Below, in pieces: positions 28,306 to 41,419 of a DNA stretch of 64,000 nucleotides. The DNA lies in NCBI RefSeq assembly GCF_009914755.1, contig NC_060937.1; one strand, given 5' to 3'. Position numbers and translations under genes: made by a program. Within the stretch, counting starts at the first letter, position 1; every line of letters starts with the position of its first letter. Origin of the DNA: the human T2T-CHM13v2.0 reference genome, Homo sapiens. The notes under the pieces are model-generated. The model worked only from the letters and a program-made list of their open reading frames with translations, did not search any database and was not told the DNA's origin.

Positions 28306-29089
28306 GCTCAGCCTCCCTGTCTAGTTCTTTGATTTATTGACTGTTTCCTCACTAAATGACTGCTTTAGGTCAGATGCTGCACAAGTTTGAGGCACATATG
28401 ACCAAAAGATGTGGTTTCTGTCTTTATACAACATTCTCATTCTGGGGTCTCTGTGGCTTTTTTGTTTGTTTCCTATTGTTTCTAACACTCAAAATTGGGC
28501 CACATTTAAAGACCACTGCAAGTTGTAGTTGGTCTGCCCTTTTATTTATTTGCGCCTCTTAACCTCTCCCTAGGACTCCTAAACTTGCTGTCTTTATTAA
28601 GCTACAAGAAGAACATACTTGGAACAAACTACTGTGCAGTATAAGGCAAACTTTGCCTTTCCTAGTCAACCCTAAAGTAGCTAATTTAAACTATACTCAA
28701 AGCTTTATGCTCAATTCTAGCAGGTAATATTGAAATTATAGAATTCCCTAAAATTCATCTTTTTAATTCATTTGCTTAACAATATTCCTGTCACCTTAAC
28801 ATTTATCAGATAAAATAATTTTATCATTTGTAGAATTCTAAAATGTGGCTAGCCATTATTTTCAATTATTTTTTCACAATATAGCATAAGCATTTATATT
28901 TCCTGCTTAGTATACTAATTAGGTTAGTAGCCTCTGGTTCTAAGTTCTGTAGTATTTTATTTCATAATGTTTGACAGCTATCTTGTATGGAATATAATTT
29001 TCACAGTATAAATTCACATATTAGCATTATTTTTTAAGGTATATTTTTATTATAAGGGTCAGCAAGGAGGAAATACTCATAATCAGGTA

Positions 29090-29461
29090 CAGTCATGGAC
29101 CACATAATGACATTTTGGTCAATGAAGGACTACCTATCTGATAGTGGTACCATAAGATTACAATAGAGCAGGAAAATTCCTATCACTTAGTGACAGGAAT
29201 ATGAGTTGTCATAATGTTATAGTGCAATGCATTACCTTTTCTGTGTTTAGATATGTTTAGATTCACACATACGGTATTGAGCATAGTAACATGCTGTATA
29301 GGTTTGTAGCCCAGGAGCAATAGGCTATACCCTATAGCTTGGGGTGTAGTAGGCTATAACATCTAGGTTTGTTTAAGTCCACTGTATGATATGAGAACAA
29401 TGAAATCACCTAACAATGCATTTCCCATAACATATCGCTGTCATTAAGCGACACATAACTA
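29090..29461 (+). mobile_element. Tigger3 (Golem) non-autonomous derivative
   Basis: TA|CAGTCATGGACCACATAATGACATTTTGGTCAATG ... GTAGCCCAGGAGCAATAGGCTATACC ... TTAAGCGACACATAACTA, with both TIRs present. Confidence 0.9.
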
Positions 29462-29649
29462 TGGTTTTGATTTTCTCAAAAAAACATTATTTCACTCAAC
29501 CAAAGCATGCACTGTGTATAAAACATTTAGTTAGGAGCTCTCAGAGGACACTGAAGAAAGAGAGAGAGAGGTAAGAAAAAAGGTGGCTTCCCTAGGAAAA
29601 TATATCTGGTAGAGAACTAATACAGGCTTCTCTAATAGATATTTCCATA

Positions 29650-29760
29650 AGTTTTGGACTGGAATTTGAATCTTCATGCTGGTGTAAGTTCAGCCAAGTT
29701 ACTTAACCACTGTGAAGCTCCGTTCTTTGTGTATGAAATGGAGATCATAATGACACATCA
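29650..29760 (+). mobile_element. MIR fragment
   Basis: CAAGTTACTTAACCACTGTGAAGCTCCGTTCTTTGTGTATGAAATGGAGATCATAAT. Confidence 0.55.
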
Positions 29761-30674
29761 CTGCCTCTTGATCTTCTTCTATTCACCCCTAGGCTCAGAA
29801 AACAACAGAGATTTTAAAAGTTGAAGAAAAGGGAATACACTGTCCTTGCTGCAGCTCTGGCTTCTTGTGAGTGTGGCAGTCCATGGAATTTTCCTTCCCC
29901 TTTAATCCAAAACCCAGAAGCCTCTGGTCTTCTTGAAATGTCATTTAGAATTGTAGATATTCTAGCAATCACTTTAAAATAGGTTCTGCTAACATATCAG
30001 ATTTCTGCCCCAATTGTCAGTGCATAAAATAATGACATTTATGTTATGACTAGTATTCCATGAAATTTTTAAATAAGCAATTGGTTTTAAAATCCAAGTT
30101 TTGGCTACATCACTTTCATCAGAGATGCTTTACTAGCAAACAGAAAAACTTTAAATTGTGCCTATTTGGATTTTTTTCTCCTCTCCTGTTACCTCATCTC
30201 GTGTAAATACTATTGAGCAGGGGATTGACTAAAGATTTGTCACCAGGAGGAAAAAGTTGGAGAAGGAACCGCACTGCCTCATGTGCTGGCTCCATGTTGG
30301 CAGATGGTAGGAACAGAACATCACCTTTCTTGCCGTGGTTGCAAGTCATTCCCGAAGCAATGAAGAGAGAGGGTCCTGTTGAGCTCTCTTCATGGGAGAC
30401 ACATGTATCCTGGGATCTTGTGCATGTCATGTTGGTGTTTGTGATACCCTGACATAGTGTGCATGGCATGCTACTGTATTATAGGTGAAATGGTGTGAGC
30501 CACTTTGGGACTGGTGCTACCCTTCCCATTCCAGTTAACTTGGCCATGGTCATTAACTACTTGTGGATATGGGCCTCTAAATTAGAGAAGAAAAGTCCAA
30601 TCCCTAATTCAGGGCTTACTTAGTCACAGAGAAGAAATTGGTTTCAGTGGTCCAACCTCGAGTCAGACAACCAG

Positions 30675-30880
30675 CATGTGGTGTAGCCTCAGGACGCTGG
30701 CCCCTCTACTCTCCTTCCTTGCTGCGTGACCTTGGGACAGTTACCTAGCCTCCCTGAGCTTTAGCTTCCACACTTGTCAGTTGGGAATGACAAAACTTAC
30801 TTTGTAATAGTGTTGAGTTTTAGTAATAATCTTTTATTGAGGACCTGGCAAATGTTGGCTCTTTAATAAATGCCACTTAT
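30675..30880 (+). mobile_element. MIR SINE
   Basis: GCTGCGTGACCTTGGGACAGTTACCTAGCCTCCCTGAGCTTTAGCTTCC. Confidence 0.65.
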
Positions 30881-33800
30881 AATCTTAAATAGTTTTAATG
30901 TTATATCAAATAGAACTATTTCTAGTCATGTATTTTAGCAATTTGGTTTTAAGCCATATAATAAATTAATGACTTTTTTCAATTTTAAATACAAGCGGCA
31001 CTATTGAGTCTATTAACATTTTAGAAAAATTTATTTTCAAGATAATTTCTTCACTGGCCTATAACAATAAAATGGAAACTGATGCTTTTTTTTTAGCTGT
31101 AAAGAACACCGCCAGAGCGGGTATTATGAAACATCAAAATGGCCAGAAAAAAATGGGCAAGTGAATTTTAAAGTCTGTTTTTTTCTCAAAGGTTTTTCTT
31201 TTCTCCAAAAGAAATATATATTTTGCATGTTTAGAGATTTAATTTCTTTCTGTACAGACATTTTAGGGATATACCATGTTAGGGGTATTCTGGTAATAGC
31301 AAATGACTGAGCCTCAGCTCCTACACTGGACAAGTTTTTAGATGAAATTATTTCATATTATATCATATCATGTCATATTTATATTATATTTTAATATGAT
31401 GAGTTCCAGCAGAGTGTAGCCATACCTGAATGCAGAAGGATGAATTTAATGATCCCTTGATTTCTATTCCAATTGAATGGTTCTGTAATGGAGAATAAGG
31501 TATCAAGATACCATCATTTTTGGAGGCCATTCCCTGCTATAACAGGACAGAGTATCATGTGCTGATGGGAAAGGATAACTAGAATAAAACAATTGTCAAG
31601 CACTTTCATTTTTGCAATTGGTTAGCTGCGCAAATACTTCCATTTTTCAATGGATTGTTACTCCTTAATGATAATGAAAAATTTATCATTCTTTGTAGGC
31701 TATTTTTTTCCACTATTCAAATTATAATCATTAATTCCCATTCATTTAAATAAAAGAAACACAGGCACGTAACCTAGAAAAGCGACTCTCTTGAATTTGC
31801 TTTTCCTCCCTGGTGGAAATAGGGGTTTGGGCTGTCAGGTAGACTGAATCTTAGGGACTTAAACAAACGAGGATTTGGGAGGCCACCTCCAAAGGCAGGC
31901 TCTGAAACAGAGACTCAGGCCTTTTACGTTCTGCCAAAACTAGAGTCGTTCTCAAACTGTTTTAACTTGTGATTATTTTCTCTTGTTGCCTTTTCTTTGA
32001 AAATTAATTGTGGATGTGAAATGGCCATGTTTAAATAATTCATAAAAAATAAATCCAGAGGAAAGTGGCAAAGGTATAGAGAAACCCGGTGAAGTACAAA
32101 GCAGGGGTCGAGTTAGTTGTAGTTCTCTGAGAGGTTTTCTTACTCTGGAGTGCTTAATTAGGCCTGTCTGCCTGTTTGGCCCTAGGTTGGTTTTGTTCTT
32201 TCAAGAGAGCTGTTGACCTACTACTACATTAAAACACACTGAGCAGTAGCTTCTCATGGTTCATGAAAACATTTGTAAATACTGTTATTTTGGCATTGGA
32301 AAAAAAATCATCACCTTCTGACTGAGGGAAACTCATACATTTATAATTGTATTTTTTAATGTTATAGAATAGCCATTTAGCTCTATCAATTATGCAAACC
32401 AGTTAGACAACATTGTTTAATGTAAGCAACTAAATGCCTGGAAGATCCTTAACTATAAAAACAAGAGCTACTGCAAGTTTTGGAGATTCTTCCAATCAGA
32501 CAATTAATTTAACTAACTCAGCAGAGCCTTTATAAGGTTTATAGCTCCTGGAACTATTGCTACGCTTCCAGAAGCATTTTAAATGTTACATCCTTAAAAC
32601 TTCTAGATCAGTTAGTTTGTGATAGAAGGCGATCTTTAGGTCTAAAATTACTTTTTTTGTGCTGATAGAGGATTTCAGTAATAAGCTATTTTTTTTATAA
32701 AAAAGAACTAATTAGTAACTCATATCCTAGAGAAAGTGCATGAGATTGGTTAGACTTTCACCATCATGCTGCCTGAGAAGTTTTACTATGTTCTTCATAG
32801 CCCCTCCTCAAATGTAAGTGAGCAGCTAGAATAGTAAGAGCAAAGTGTTTCAATGGTGCTTTGAGGAGATGAGTTAGGTTTCCATCTTCTATTAAGTTTG
32901 CTGAACACTCCAGGATTTTAAAACCAAAGCTATTCAAATATGCACTGCTTCAATTATTCAATATGCCCACTTTAATTTCCCATAAAGAATACCATGGCGT
33001 TTCCTCTTTCACATAGTACTAAATATGTTTTCATCTAATATTCTGTTATTGAAAAGAGGTCTTCAAAATTAGTGTTCAAAAAAATCCATCTGGCTACTTA
33101 AATGCAATCATGTCTCTTTTTGTTTCCCCAAGTCTCTGATGAGGAGATGTTTGTCATTTAATTGCTACCAAGGATCACAGATGATGGTTTATAGGTTTAG
33201 GCAAATTGTGGGCAGCACTTTGTTAACAAACGGAAGAACACACTGGTACTTCATAATTATCCTATAGAGCTCAATTGGCCCTTAACGGCACCTGCCCGAA
33301 CAGCATCCGGGAGCCTTGTTTCAACACAAAACCTCCTTCTTGTTAATTAACCTGTGTGCACTTGTTACAAATAAAAGCTATTTGTTTCCCGTTAATATAT
33401 TTGCTGCTACTTTAAATATTCATTTATTATTATGCTTGTTAAGTGAAGGGTGGAGAAAAATAGTTTGGATTACTTCCATCAGTGTGCACTGAGCTTTAAG
33501 AGATCAACAAATAGACTTATATTAGTCAATTATGTTGCTATGTGCTTAGTAGACCCCCAAATTTGCTTAAGAAAAATGAGTATCTCTCAACCATGAAAGC
33601 AATACAAGGGGCAATTGAAAAGCAAGGCATCCATGACAGTAATCAGTGAATTTTCATTAAAGGAGAATTTTCTCTGCAATTCATGTGAAGCTTGATTTCA
33701 TTTCTCAATCTGCCTCATGGCTGTTTTGTATGCAAGGGCATTAAGGACTGGACATATGCAAGTAGATGTGTCTTGACTTTCCCTTTGGTTGGTTTCAGCT

Positions 33801-36800
33801 GAATGAAAAGAAATCATTTGCTTGCTCTTTGTGACACTTTTAGCAAAAGTAACTTGAACGTTATAAGGAAATTAAGGTATAGATACCATAATATGTCAGG
33901 ATATGCTAAATGAAAAAGCAGTAGAAACAATAAATATGTATTTATTTAGCATATTTTATATAAAAGCTGGAATTAAAGTAGTGATTCTTGTAGAGATTAA
34001 CAAAATTATCATTCAAAATTCTACATCCTTAAATTTTGCATTCTTACATTCTTCTTTTACATTCTTAAAGTCCTGGCTGTCTAAAATTGGTCTTACATAT
34101 TTGTTATTCTTATTCAAAACTCACTTTGGAAATTTTTCTAAAATTTTCTCAAGGTGAGAAATAGCCTACTTTACAAATTATTTTCAAAGATAAAAAATTA
34201 TTTTATACTAATGTCAGCAAGGACTTTAAATTTTTATTTGAATAAAATAGTAAAGAGATGTAGCTTTAAAATTTTTCCTTCAGAATATTTTTTCTATTTT
34301 TGTTGCATCAACAATCATGTGTATGTGACTTCAGTTAGGTTTGCTTAACTGCATATAGAGAATTCAAAATACACGTAAATATTGATGGGAGAACAATCCC
34401 ACCACCACCAATTACTTTGATTCTTCTGTTTTAAAATTGGTCCAATAATGCATTTTAGAATAGGTCAATACTGCCTGCTACATAGAGTAATATGTGTAAT
34501 TTGTTTCTATTCATCATGATCACATAGTTAAGAACAATATGCTTAAAATCTCAACTTGTCACTGTGAAGAATGATATGTAAAATTAGCGAAAGAATTTCT
34601 AGAATTTCTATATGGGCATAATATTTGTAAAAGATACATGTTCTTGCCTCCTGGTTTACCATGGACAATGTAATACCTTGGATGTATTATTCATTTGTAT
34701 TAATTTGTTGGAACAGCACACCTGTACACTATATTGTGTATTTACCAACACAAAAGAGACTGTCTCTGTGCCTAGGCTGAAAAATTTCTCACTGTCCCCT
34801 GCAGCACCATTCAGAAAAGAAGTTATTAGAGAAGAAGAGCATGGTTTTCATTCATGCCTCACCAAATCACTTTTCTTTTGAATATTAATTCTTCATAAGC
34901 AGCACCAGAAAATATTTATTGAGTATCTGTATGTGAAAAGTATTGTGGAGTTGTTACAAGAAAAACTAATAACACACAATATCATTATACTATTTTAAAT
35001 TCAACTATCACCCCTTAGGGACAGTTAGCATCGAGGGGCCCAAGGGGGAAACATGGGGGTACATCCTCCTGCCAATGTCCTCTGTGAACTTTGCCCATTA
35101 AAATATTTAAATGCATTATGCAACATCCTCAAAAAAAAAAAAAAAAAAAACACCACTGCCCTGGGAATCAGGAACCCTCTCTCTGTTTCCCTTTTGAAAG
35201 TAACACACATCCTTGTGCCTCAGTTTATCCTTTTATTCTTTCTTACCTAGCATAACTGGAGAGCCAAGGGGAAAAAAAACCAAACAAACAAACAGATTAT
35301 TTCACTTGAGTACTGGTGTATATTGGACTCACATAGAGATGCTTTAATCCTTTTAGAGCCCGAGGGCTATATTTAGCACTATAATTAGTATAAAATTATT
35401 AGCTCATATTAATTATTCACCCTCATATTAAGTGGGTATTCTTATATCCTTAGAGGTTGCTTTAGTAGCAGAAAAGAACTTTAAACTTCATAGTAATCTA
35501 TCACTTATCTGCACTCCTATATTTCCTATTATCCACGTCGTTCTGATTAACAACACATATGCTGCCTTGAATTACTATAAAAGATTGCATTTATTTATAT
35601 AATAAATGCTGTAAATATATATAATTTATGCATATGTTCTGTCAGCCATTAATGGAAATAAACTATATAAATCTAGCACTCACATATAAACCGAGCAATC
35701 ACATAGCATTATTAATAAAAATTATAACACTAAGTCCCTGTGTCTTTTAGTAATAGTCTTGTTACTTATCTGAGCCCATTTAGGCATTTGCAATTACTAA
35801 GTTCTTCTAGGTAGATACACAAAGCTTCTAATAGTTAGAGGTAGGTGTAAGCTAAAATTTTTCTCCCTCACCATTGCTATCTGATGATTTGTTACAATGA
35901 AAGCAATAATTAATCCTGCAACACTTCTCAATATCTATCAGTAAGCAGGAACACACACACACACATAACCTGTTCTGTGAAAACCTCATTATAGAACTTA
36001 TTATACAAATAAATATGTGCCTACCAATTCAAGCAGCACATATTGTGTCTTTTACTGTGGAACAGACAAAATATGTTACAGGATTCCAGTGGATGAGAAT
36101 TTATCATGGATTGTGGTAATGGAGGAAACAACCACAAAAGAAGTTAAACTTGAACCTGAGTCCCAAGGAAAGTCAGCAAAGACATTCTAAGCAGGGAGGA
36201 ACCAACAAAAGTCCAGAGGTGGAAACATTTTAGGCACGCTCACTGTTTGTGGAATTGGACTTTTCCTTCTTCAAGCCATCAAAGTTGGAACAACATTTTG
36301 AACATAAGGAATATTATCATCAAATTATAGGTGTCTTAGCAGCCTTACCACCAAAATTAATTTATTCTAATAGGCCACATAGGCCACATAGGCATAAATA
36401 TTGTAGATTTTCTATTTTATATGGGCAACTTGACTTTCAGTTCAAATATTTTATAACCTATTTCCTTAAACATGAAAGGCTATGAAAGCACCACCTATAA
36501 TCCTGTTAGCAGCTCAGTGTGTTACTGCTACTAATAATGTCAAGGAGGCAATAGTCTTTTCCCCATGTTTATTCATTCATTTATGCATGCATAATCAGCA
36601 ATCAGGGTTAAACAAGTACTAGGTATCCTGCTTTCTGCGAAGCCATCAGCAGCTCCAGTGAGTTGAGGGGAATGGTACTTAGTATCCCTTATCACCTAGT
36701 GACTATGATGATAGTTAATGGACTAAGATAATCATCCAAGGCTATGACCAGTGAGTGGTAGATGATACTAACAAGGAGATAGCAGGGGACATTCACTGAC

Positions 36801-37128
36801 CAAATAACTACCCCCTCCTGAGCCCCTCACCCTGCAAAGATTGTTAAATGTTTTCCCACTGGTAAACTGAGAGACTAAGACTTCTTTTAAGGGTGGCCAG
36901 AGTGCTGGCTCATTTTGACAATTTCTAAGAGGTAGGCCTACCTAGGACTCTCAAGCTAAATTTAAAATAGAATTGTGATGTACAAAGTAGAAGGTCAGTG
37001 AGGTGACTCTATCTTCATATAGTATTTGCACTTATTTTGTAAGGCCATCAGGAGAATTGGCAGGATTGCCACCTGTCCTTCTGTCTGCATTATAAGAAAG
37101 CTGAGCTTCTGACTTTGAGGTACGCTAC

Positions 37129-37263
37129 TAGGCTGATTATATGCCCAGATTTGATCAGGACAGTCCCAGTTTTTGTCAGTTGCCCAGGTGTGTAATTATT
37201 AACAGCACCTTACTTTCTTCTTAAAAGTGCCCCGCTGACACAATAAATTATATGGTCACATTA
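37129..37263 (-). mobile_element. MER94 (hAT-Blackjack MITE)
   Basis: TAGGCTGATTATATGCCCAGATTTGATCAGGACAGTCCCAG ... ATAAATTATATGGTCACATTA, about 135 bp. Confidence 0.75.
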
Positions 37264-37444
37264 CTACTAGCTGACTTCACCCTTGGATAATAGCTATCTA
37301 TTCTTATCAACTATTTGGGAAGGAAGGCTTCTGATAGGTTAAAATGTTTCTAACCAAGGAGAACTGCTATAGGGGTTTCTGGAGCTAATTATGTGATACT
37401 AAACACAGTTTGATCAGCAGAGCTATTAATACATCAGGGAAATG

Positions 37445-37600
37445 AATTACCATAGCCCAGTGGTCGAGAGCACAGACTCTGGGGCCAGGCTCTCAGGTTC
37501 ACATTCCAGTGCTGCCACTTTCTGCTCATGTGACCTTGTCCTCCCTAGTCTCAGTTTCCTCATCTGTAAAGTGGGAATGATAAGAGTACCTATCTCATAC
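37445..37600 (+). mobile_element. MIR 5' part (continues at 38791-38880 after the THE1 insertion)
   Basis: CAGTGGTCGAGAGCACAGACTCTGG ... TCTCAGTTTCCTCATCTGTAAAGTGGGAATGATAAGAGTACCTATCTCATA. The rest resumes with TGTAAAGTGCCTAGAACAGTGCCTGACATA. Confidence 0.85.
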
Positions 37601-38785
37601 TGTATCAGTCCATTTTCACATTGCTAATAAAGACATACCCAAGACTGAGCAACTTACAAAAGAAGAGGTTTAATTGGACTTGAAGTGGCCCCTTTCAGCC
37701 ACAGTTGGAGCAGCTGGGACGCAGGGCACCAAGTCCCTAGGCTGCACACAGCATGGGGAACCTGGATGCAGCCGATGAAACCACTTTTTCCTCCTAGGCC
37801 TTGGGCCTGTGAAGGGAGGGGCTAACATGAAGACCTCTGACATGCCCTAGAGACATTTTCCCTGTTGTCTTGGGGATCAACATTTGACTCCTCGTTACTT
37901 AAGTAAATATCTGCTGCCAGTTTGAATTGCTTCTCAGAAAAAGGGATTTTCTTTTCTATCGCATTTTCAGGCTTCAAATTTTCCAAACTTTTATGCTCTG
38001 TTTCCCTTATAAAACTGAATACTTTTAACAGCATCCAAGTCACCTCTTGAATACTTTGCTACTTAGAAATTTCTGTCACCAGACACCCTAAATCATCTCT
38101 CCCAAGTTCAAAGTTCCACAAATCTCTAGGGCAGGGGCAAAATGCCACCAGTCTCTTTGCTAAAATGTAACAAGAGTCACCTTTGCTCCAGTTCCCAACA
38201 AGTTCCTCATCTCCATCTGGGACGACCTCAGCTGGGACCTTACTGTTCATATCACTATCAGCATTTTTGTCAAAGCCATTCAACAAGTCTCTAGTAAGTT
38301 CCAAACTTTCCAACATTTTTCTGTCTTCTTCTGAGCCCTCCAAACTGTTCCAACCTCTGCCTATTATCCAGTTCCAAAGTTGCTTCCACGTTCTCGGGTA
38401 TCTTTTCAGCAATGCCCCACTCTCAGTACCAATTCACTGTATTAGTCTGTTTTCACGCTGCTGATGAAGACATACTGGGCAATCTACAAGAGGAAGAGGT
38501 TTAATTGGACTTAAAGTTCCACGTGGCTGGGGAAGCCTCACAATCATTGTGGAAGGCAAGGAAGAGCCAGTCGTGTCTTACATAGATGGCAGCAGGCAAA
38601 GAGAGAGAGCTTGCACAGGAGAACTCCTCCTTTTAAAACCATCAGATCTTGTGAGACTTATTCACTATCACAAGAACAGCATGAGAAAGACTTGCCCCAT
38701 GATTCAATTACTTCCCACTGGTCCCTCCCACAACACATGGGAATTCAAGATGAGATGTGGATGGAGACACAGCTAAACCGTATCA
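37601..38785 (-). mobile_element. THE1 (THE1A-like) MaLR provirus with internal deletion: 3' LTR stub 37601-37681, THE1-int about 37682-38437, complete 5' LTR 38438-38785
   Basis: Two LTR copies starting TGTAT(C/T)AGTC. THE1-int frame (WNSLEGSEEDRKM ... DGDEELVGNWSKGDSCY) at 38059-38412. Perfect TSD CATAC (37596-37600 / 38786-38790). Confidence 0.92.
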
Positions 38786-41419
38786 CATACCCTCAATAGG
38801 GTTTCAATGAGGAATGCATGAATTAATACGTGTAAAGTGCCTAGAACAGTGCCTGACATACTGTCGATTATATAATAAGGGGTTCTTCTCATCATATCAT
38901 CTATTAAAAAGATAGACATGCATAAATTAACAGTCCTACTATAGATGCAGCCTTCATTGAGCAATATCAAACATAACTTCAATAGACTACAGACAATTTG
39001 ATAGTCTACAAAACAAATGACAGGTTGCTATAAGCTATAATTAAGATATTTGAGATCTATATCATAATAAAAATAAAGGTTTTGTTTACAGTAACACTCT
39101 GAGCTTATGTGAAGTGAAACTTTGTCTTTTTTTCTTAATCTCACTGACCAATACAAAAATATTATTGTGCTCTGTTTTATTATTCTCAAGATACAAAGAA
39201 TTCTAGTATCTTAATGTTACACAGCATATTAAAATTTTTGATCTTCTAATACTCTAAACCCTCACTTATATCTCCCCAGCTCTGCATAAAAGGTACCATA
39301 TATATTTTTGATTTGGGTATGCCACTAAACCAGATATATTTTATTATACACTTTTGAGAAAATACACGTATAACTTGAAAAAGAATCACTGATAAATAAT
39401 TGGATACATTAAATAGATAATACTTGACTGTTGGTTGTTGAACTGGGGATTAAGATATCAGATAGTTCCCCAAAGTAAATACCTTGATTGAATGATCACA
39501 ACGGAATTTATAAATTAAATACAAAAGATTACGTTAATGTGATATAAATGGGAACATGAGAAAATATCAAAGTTGAAGTTTTTGTTGGAAAATGAATTTG
39601 AAATGATCTCTTATGCATATGCAACTTTTTAATACATACTCTCTGAGGTACATTTACACTCACATTTAGAAGTCTAATTAGTAATAAAAAGGGAAGAGTT
39701 TGTAATGATAGCACCCTGCTCTTAGGGTCCCTATTACAGATTCTGAAAACAAATTCATTAATATCTTAATCTACATTATATCATTTTCAGTACGCAAATA
39801 CTTCAGCCCAGAAGATGTAAACTTTATTTATTTGCATTTAACCTGTAAGGTTGAAGCCTAGAGATCTTGTTTCTTTCAAAAATCAGGCTTTTGACATTTT
39901 TCTCCTGCCAAACAAAAGATTTAAAAAAGAAGTAGCCAAAATGCTTTTAAATACGTCCCTTTTTCTAATATGTGCTGTTTCTTGAGAAGGCTAAGAGGCA
40001 TTTAGGTAGAGAACCATCAAAAACATTGCTCCTAATGCCTCTCTTTTAGGCTATTACTGGTAGAATCCCTCTTAACCCTTGAGGCAACTCAACAATTGAG
40101 TTAAGGAGATTTTCGTGTATCGGTTTTGCCTGTCATATGGTTGACTTAACTTCAGAATATACTTTGCAGCTGAAGGTTCATTTCCCTCAATTTGTTAAGT
40201 GGCTAATTATAAAGGTTCACAAAAGAATTGACACAAGGGAAAGAGATGAGCCTGACTTCTATCAGCTGCCCCAAGGGACCTGTACAAGTGTCATCTGTAA
40301 AAACAGAGCACAAATTAAACAATGGCCATAATAAGCTGCCAGGAGCAGGGGTGTATTGAAAGGGGAATTCTTATGTAGATGCAAAGCAGGCACTAAATGG
40401 CTGGGACTTTTGTTTATTTTTTCACATTGACAGCTAAGGTCCAATGTAAGTAATTGTATTTAAGCTTCTGCTGCAAAAATAAAAGTTTAAACCTGAGTTG
40501 ACCAAAATAAGAGAAATAAGAAGACAACTCTTTATTTTGTATCTGCAGCTGACATATACATATTTTTCTCTCTACAATATATTGGAAATAGTTTTGAAAT
40601 CCAATAAAAACCTAGCTATAATTTCTGAATAAGCAGATATTTTAAATAAAGTTACTAGAAATAGTAACCACAAATATGAGTATGAGATGAAACATCTATT
40701 TTCCATCAGATCAGAAACAAATATTTTCCATCAGATAACTTGATTTTCTCTTTACAGGCAGTGCCATGAATTCTAAATATCCGCGTTTTTAACATTTGAA
40801 AAAGCATAAACAACAAAGAAAACTCTCTTTACTTGGAGCTATGATAGCTAATGAAATGAAATGAAAATTGCTGCATTGTTTCTACCTTTCATCAAAACAT
40901 CTCTGTGCATAGTATTTGCATCATTATGTAAGACATTTGCAAATATGTATAATGGTTTTGCCTATGGGAAAAGTCTCCTACTCTAATGTATTCCTGAAAG
41001 ATAAATGAACAATTCTTTAGGTATGATAAAAAGATTCAGAGGGTTGGATAGAGCAGTGATATTAAAACTACAAGCTCATCATTTAAGTTTTTTTTTTTAA
41101 ATGTCAATTGCTAACACTGCAGGTCTGTATTTTACTTAGTTTTTTTTCTCTGCAAACTCACCACCTCTTTTCCAATTTCTTTTCTGATTCAAGATACGCA
41201 ACATCCTGTTTGCCGGAGCTGCCTGCTTTGATACGTCAGCAAGGATCTTGTGAAGTTAAAAGTATTTGGTTTCAGATCTCAGATCTGAATTTTTGCCTGA
41301 ACTCCGTGTTTTCAGTTGTCTTGAAACAATGGCTGAAATTTGGCCATCAGCAGATATCCAACCCATTGCATTGTTCATCCACTGAATTTAGTAATCAGAG
41401 CAAGACCTGATTTTTAGAG

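Noticed and set aside
38059-38412. 117-aa ORF resembling database 'hypothetical proteins'
   Set aside because: It is the decayed THE1 internal (MaLR) frame inside a deleted provirus.
40697-40736. 15-bp direct repeat TATTTTCCATCAGAT around CAGAAACAAA
   Set aside because: Most simply a local slippage duplication. With only two units it is not an array, and there is no mobile element body.
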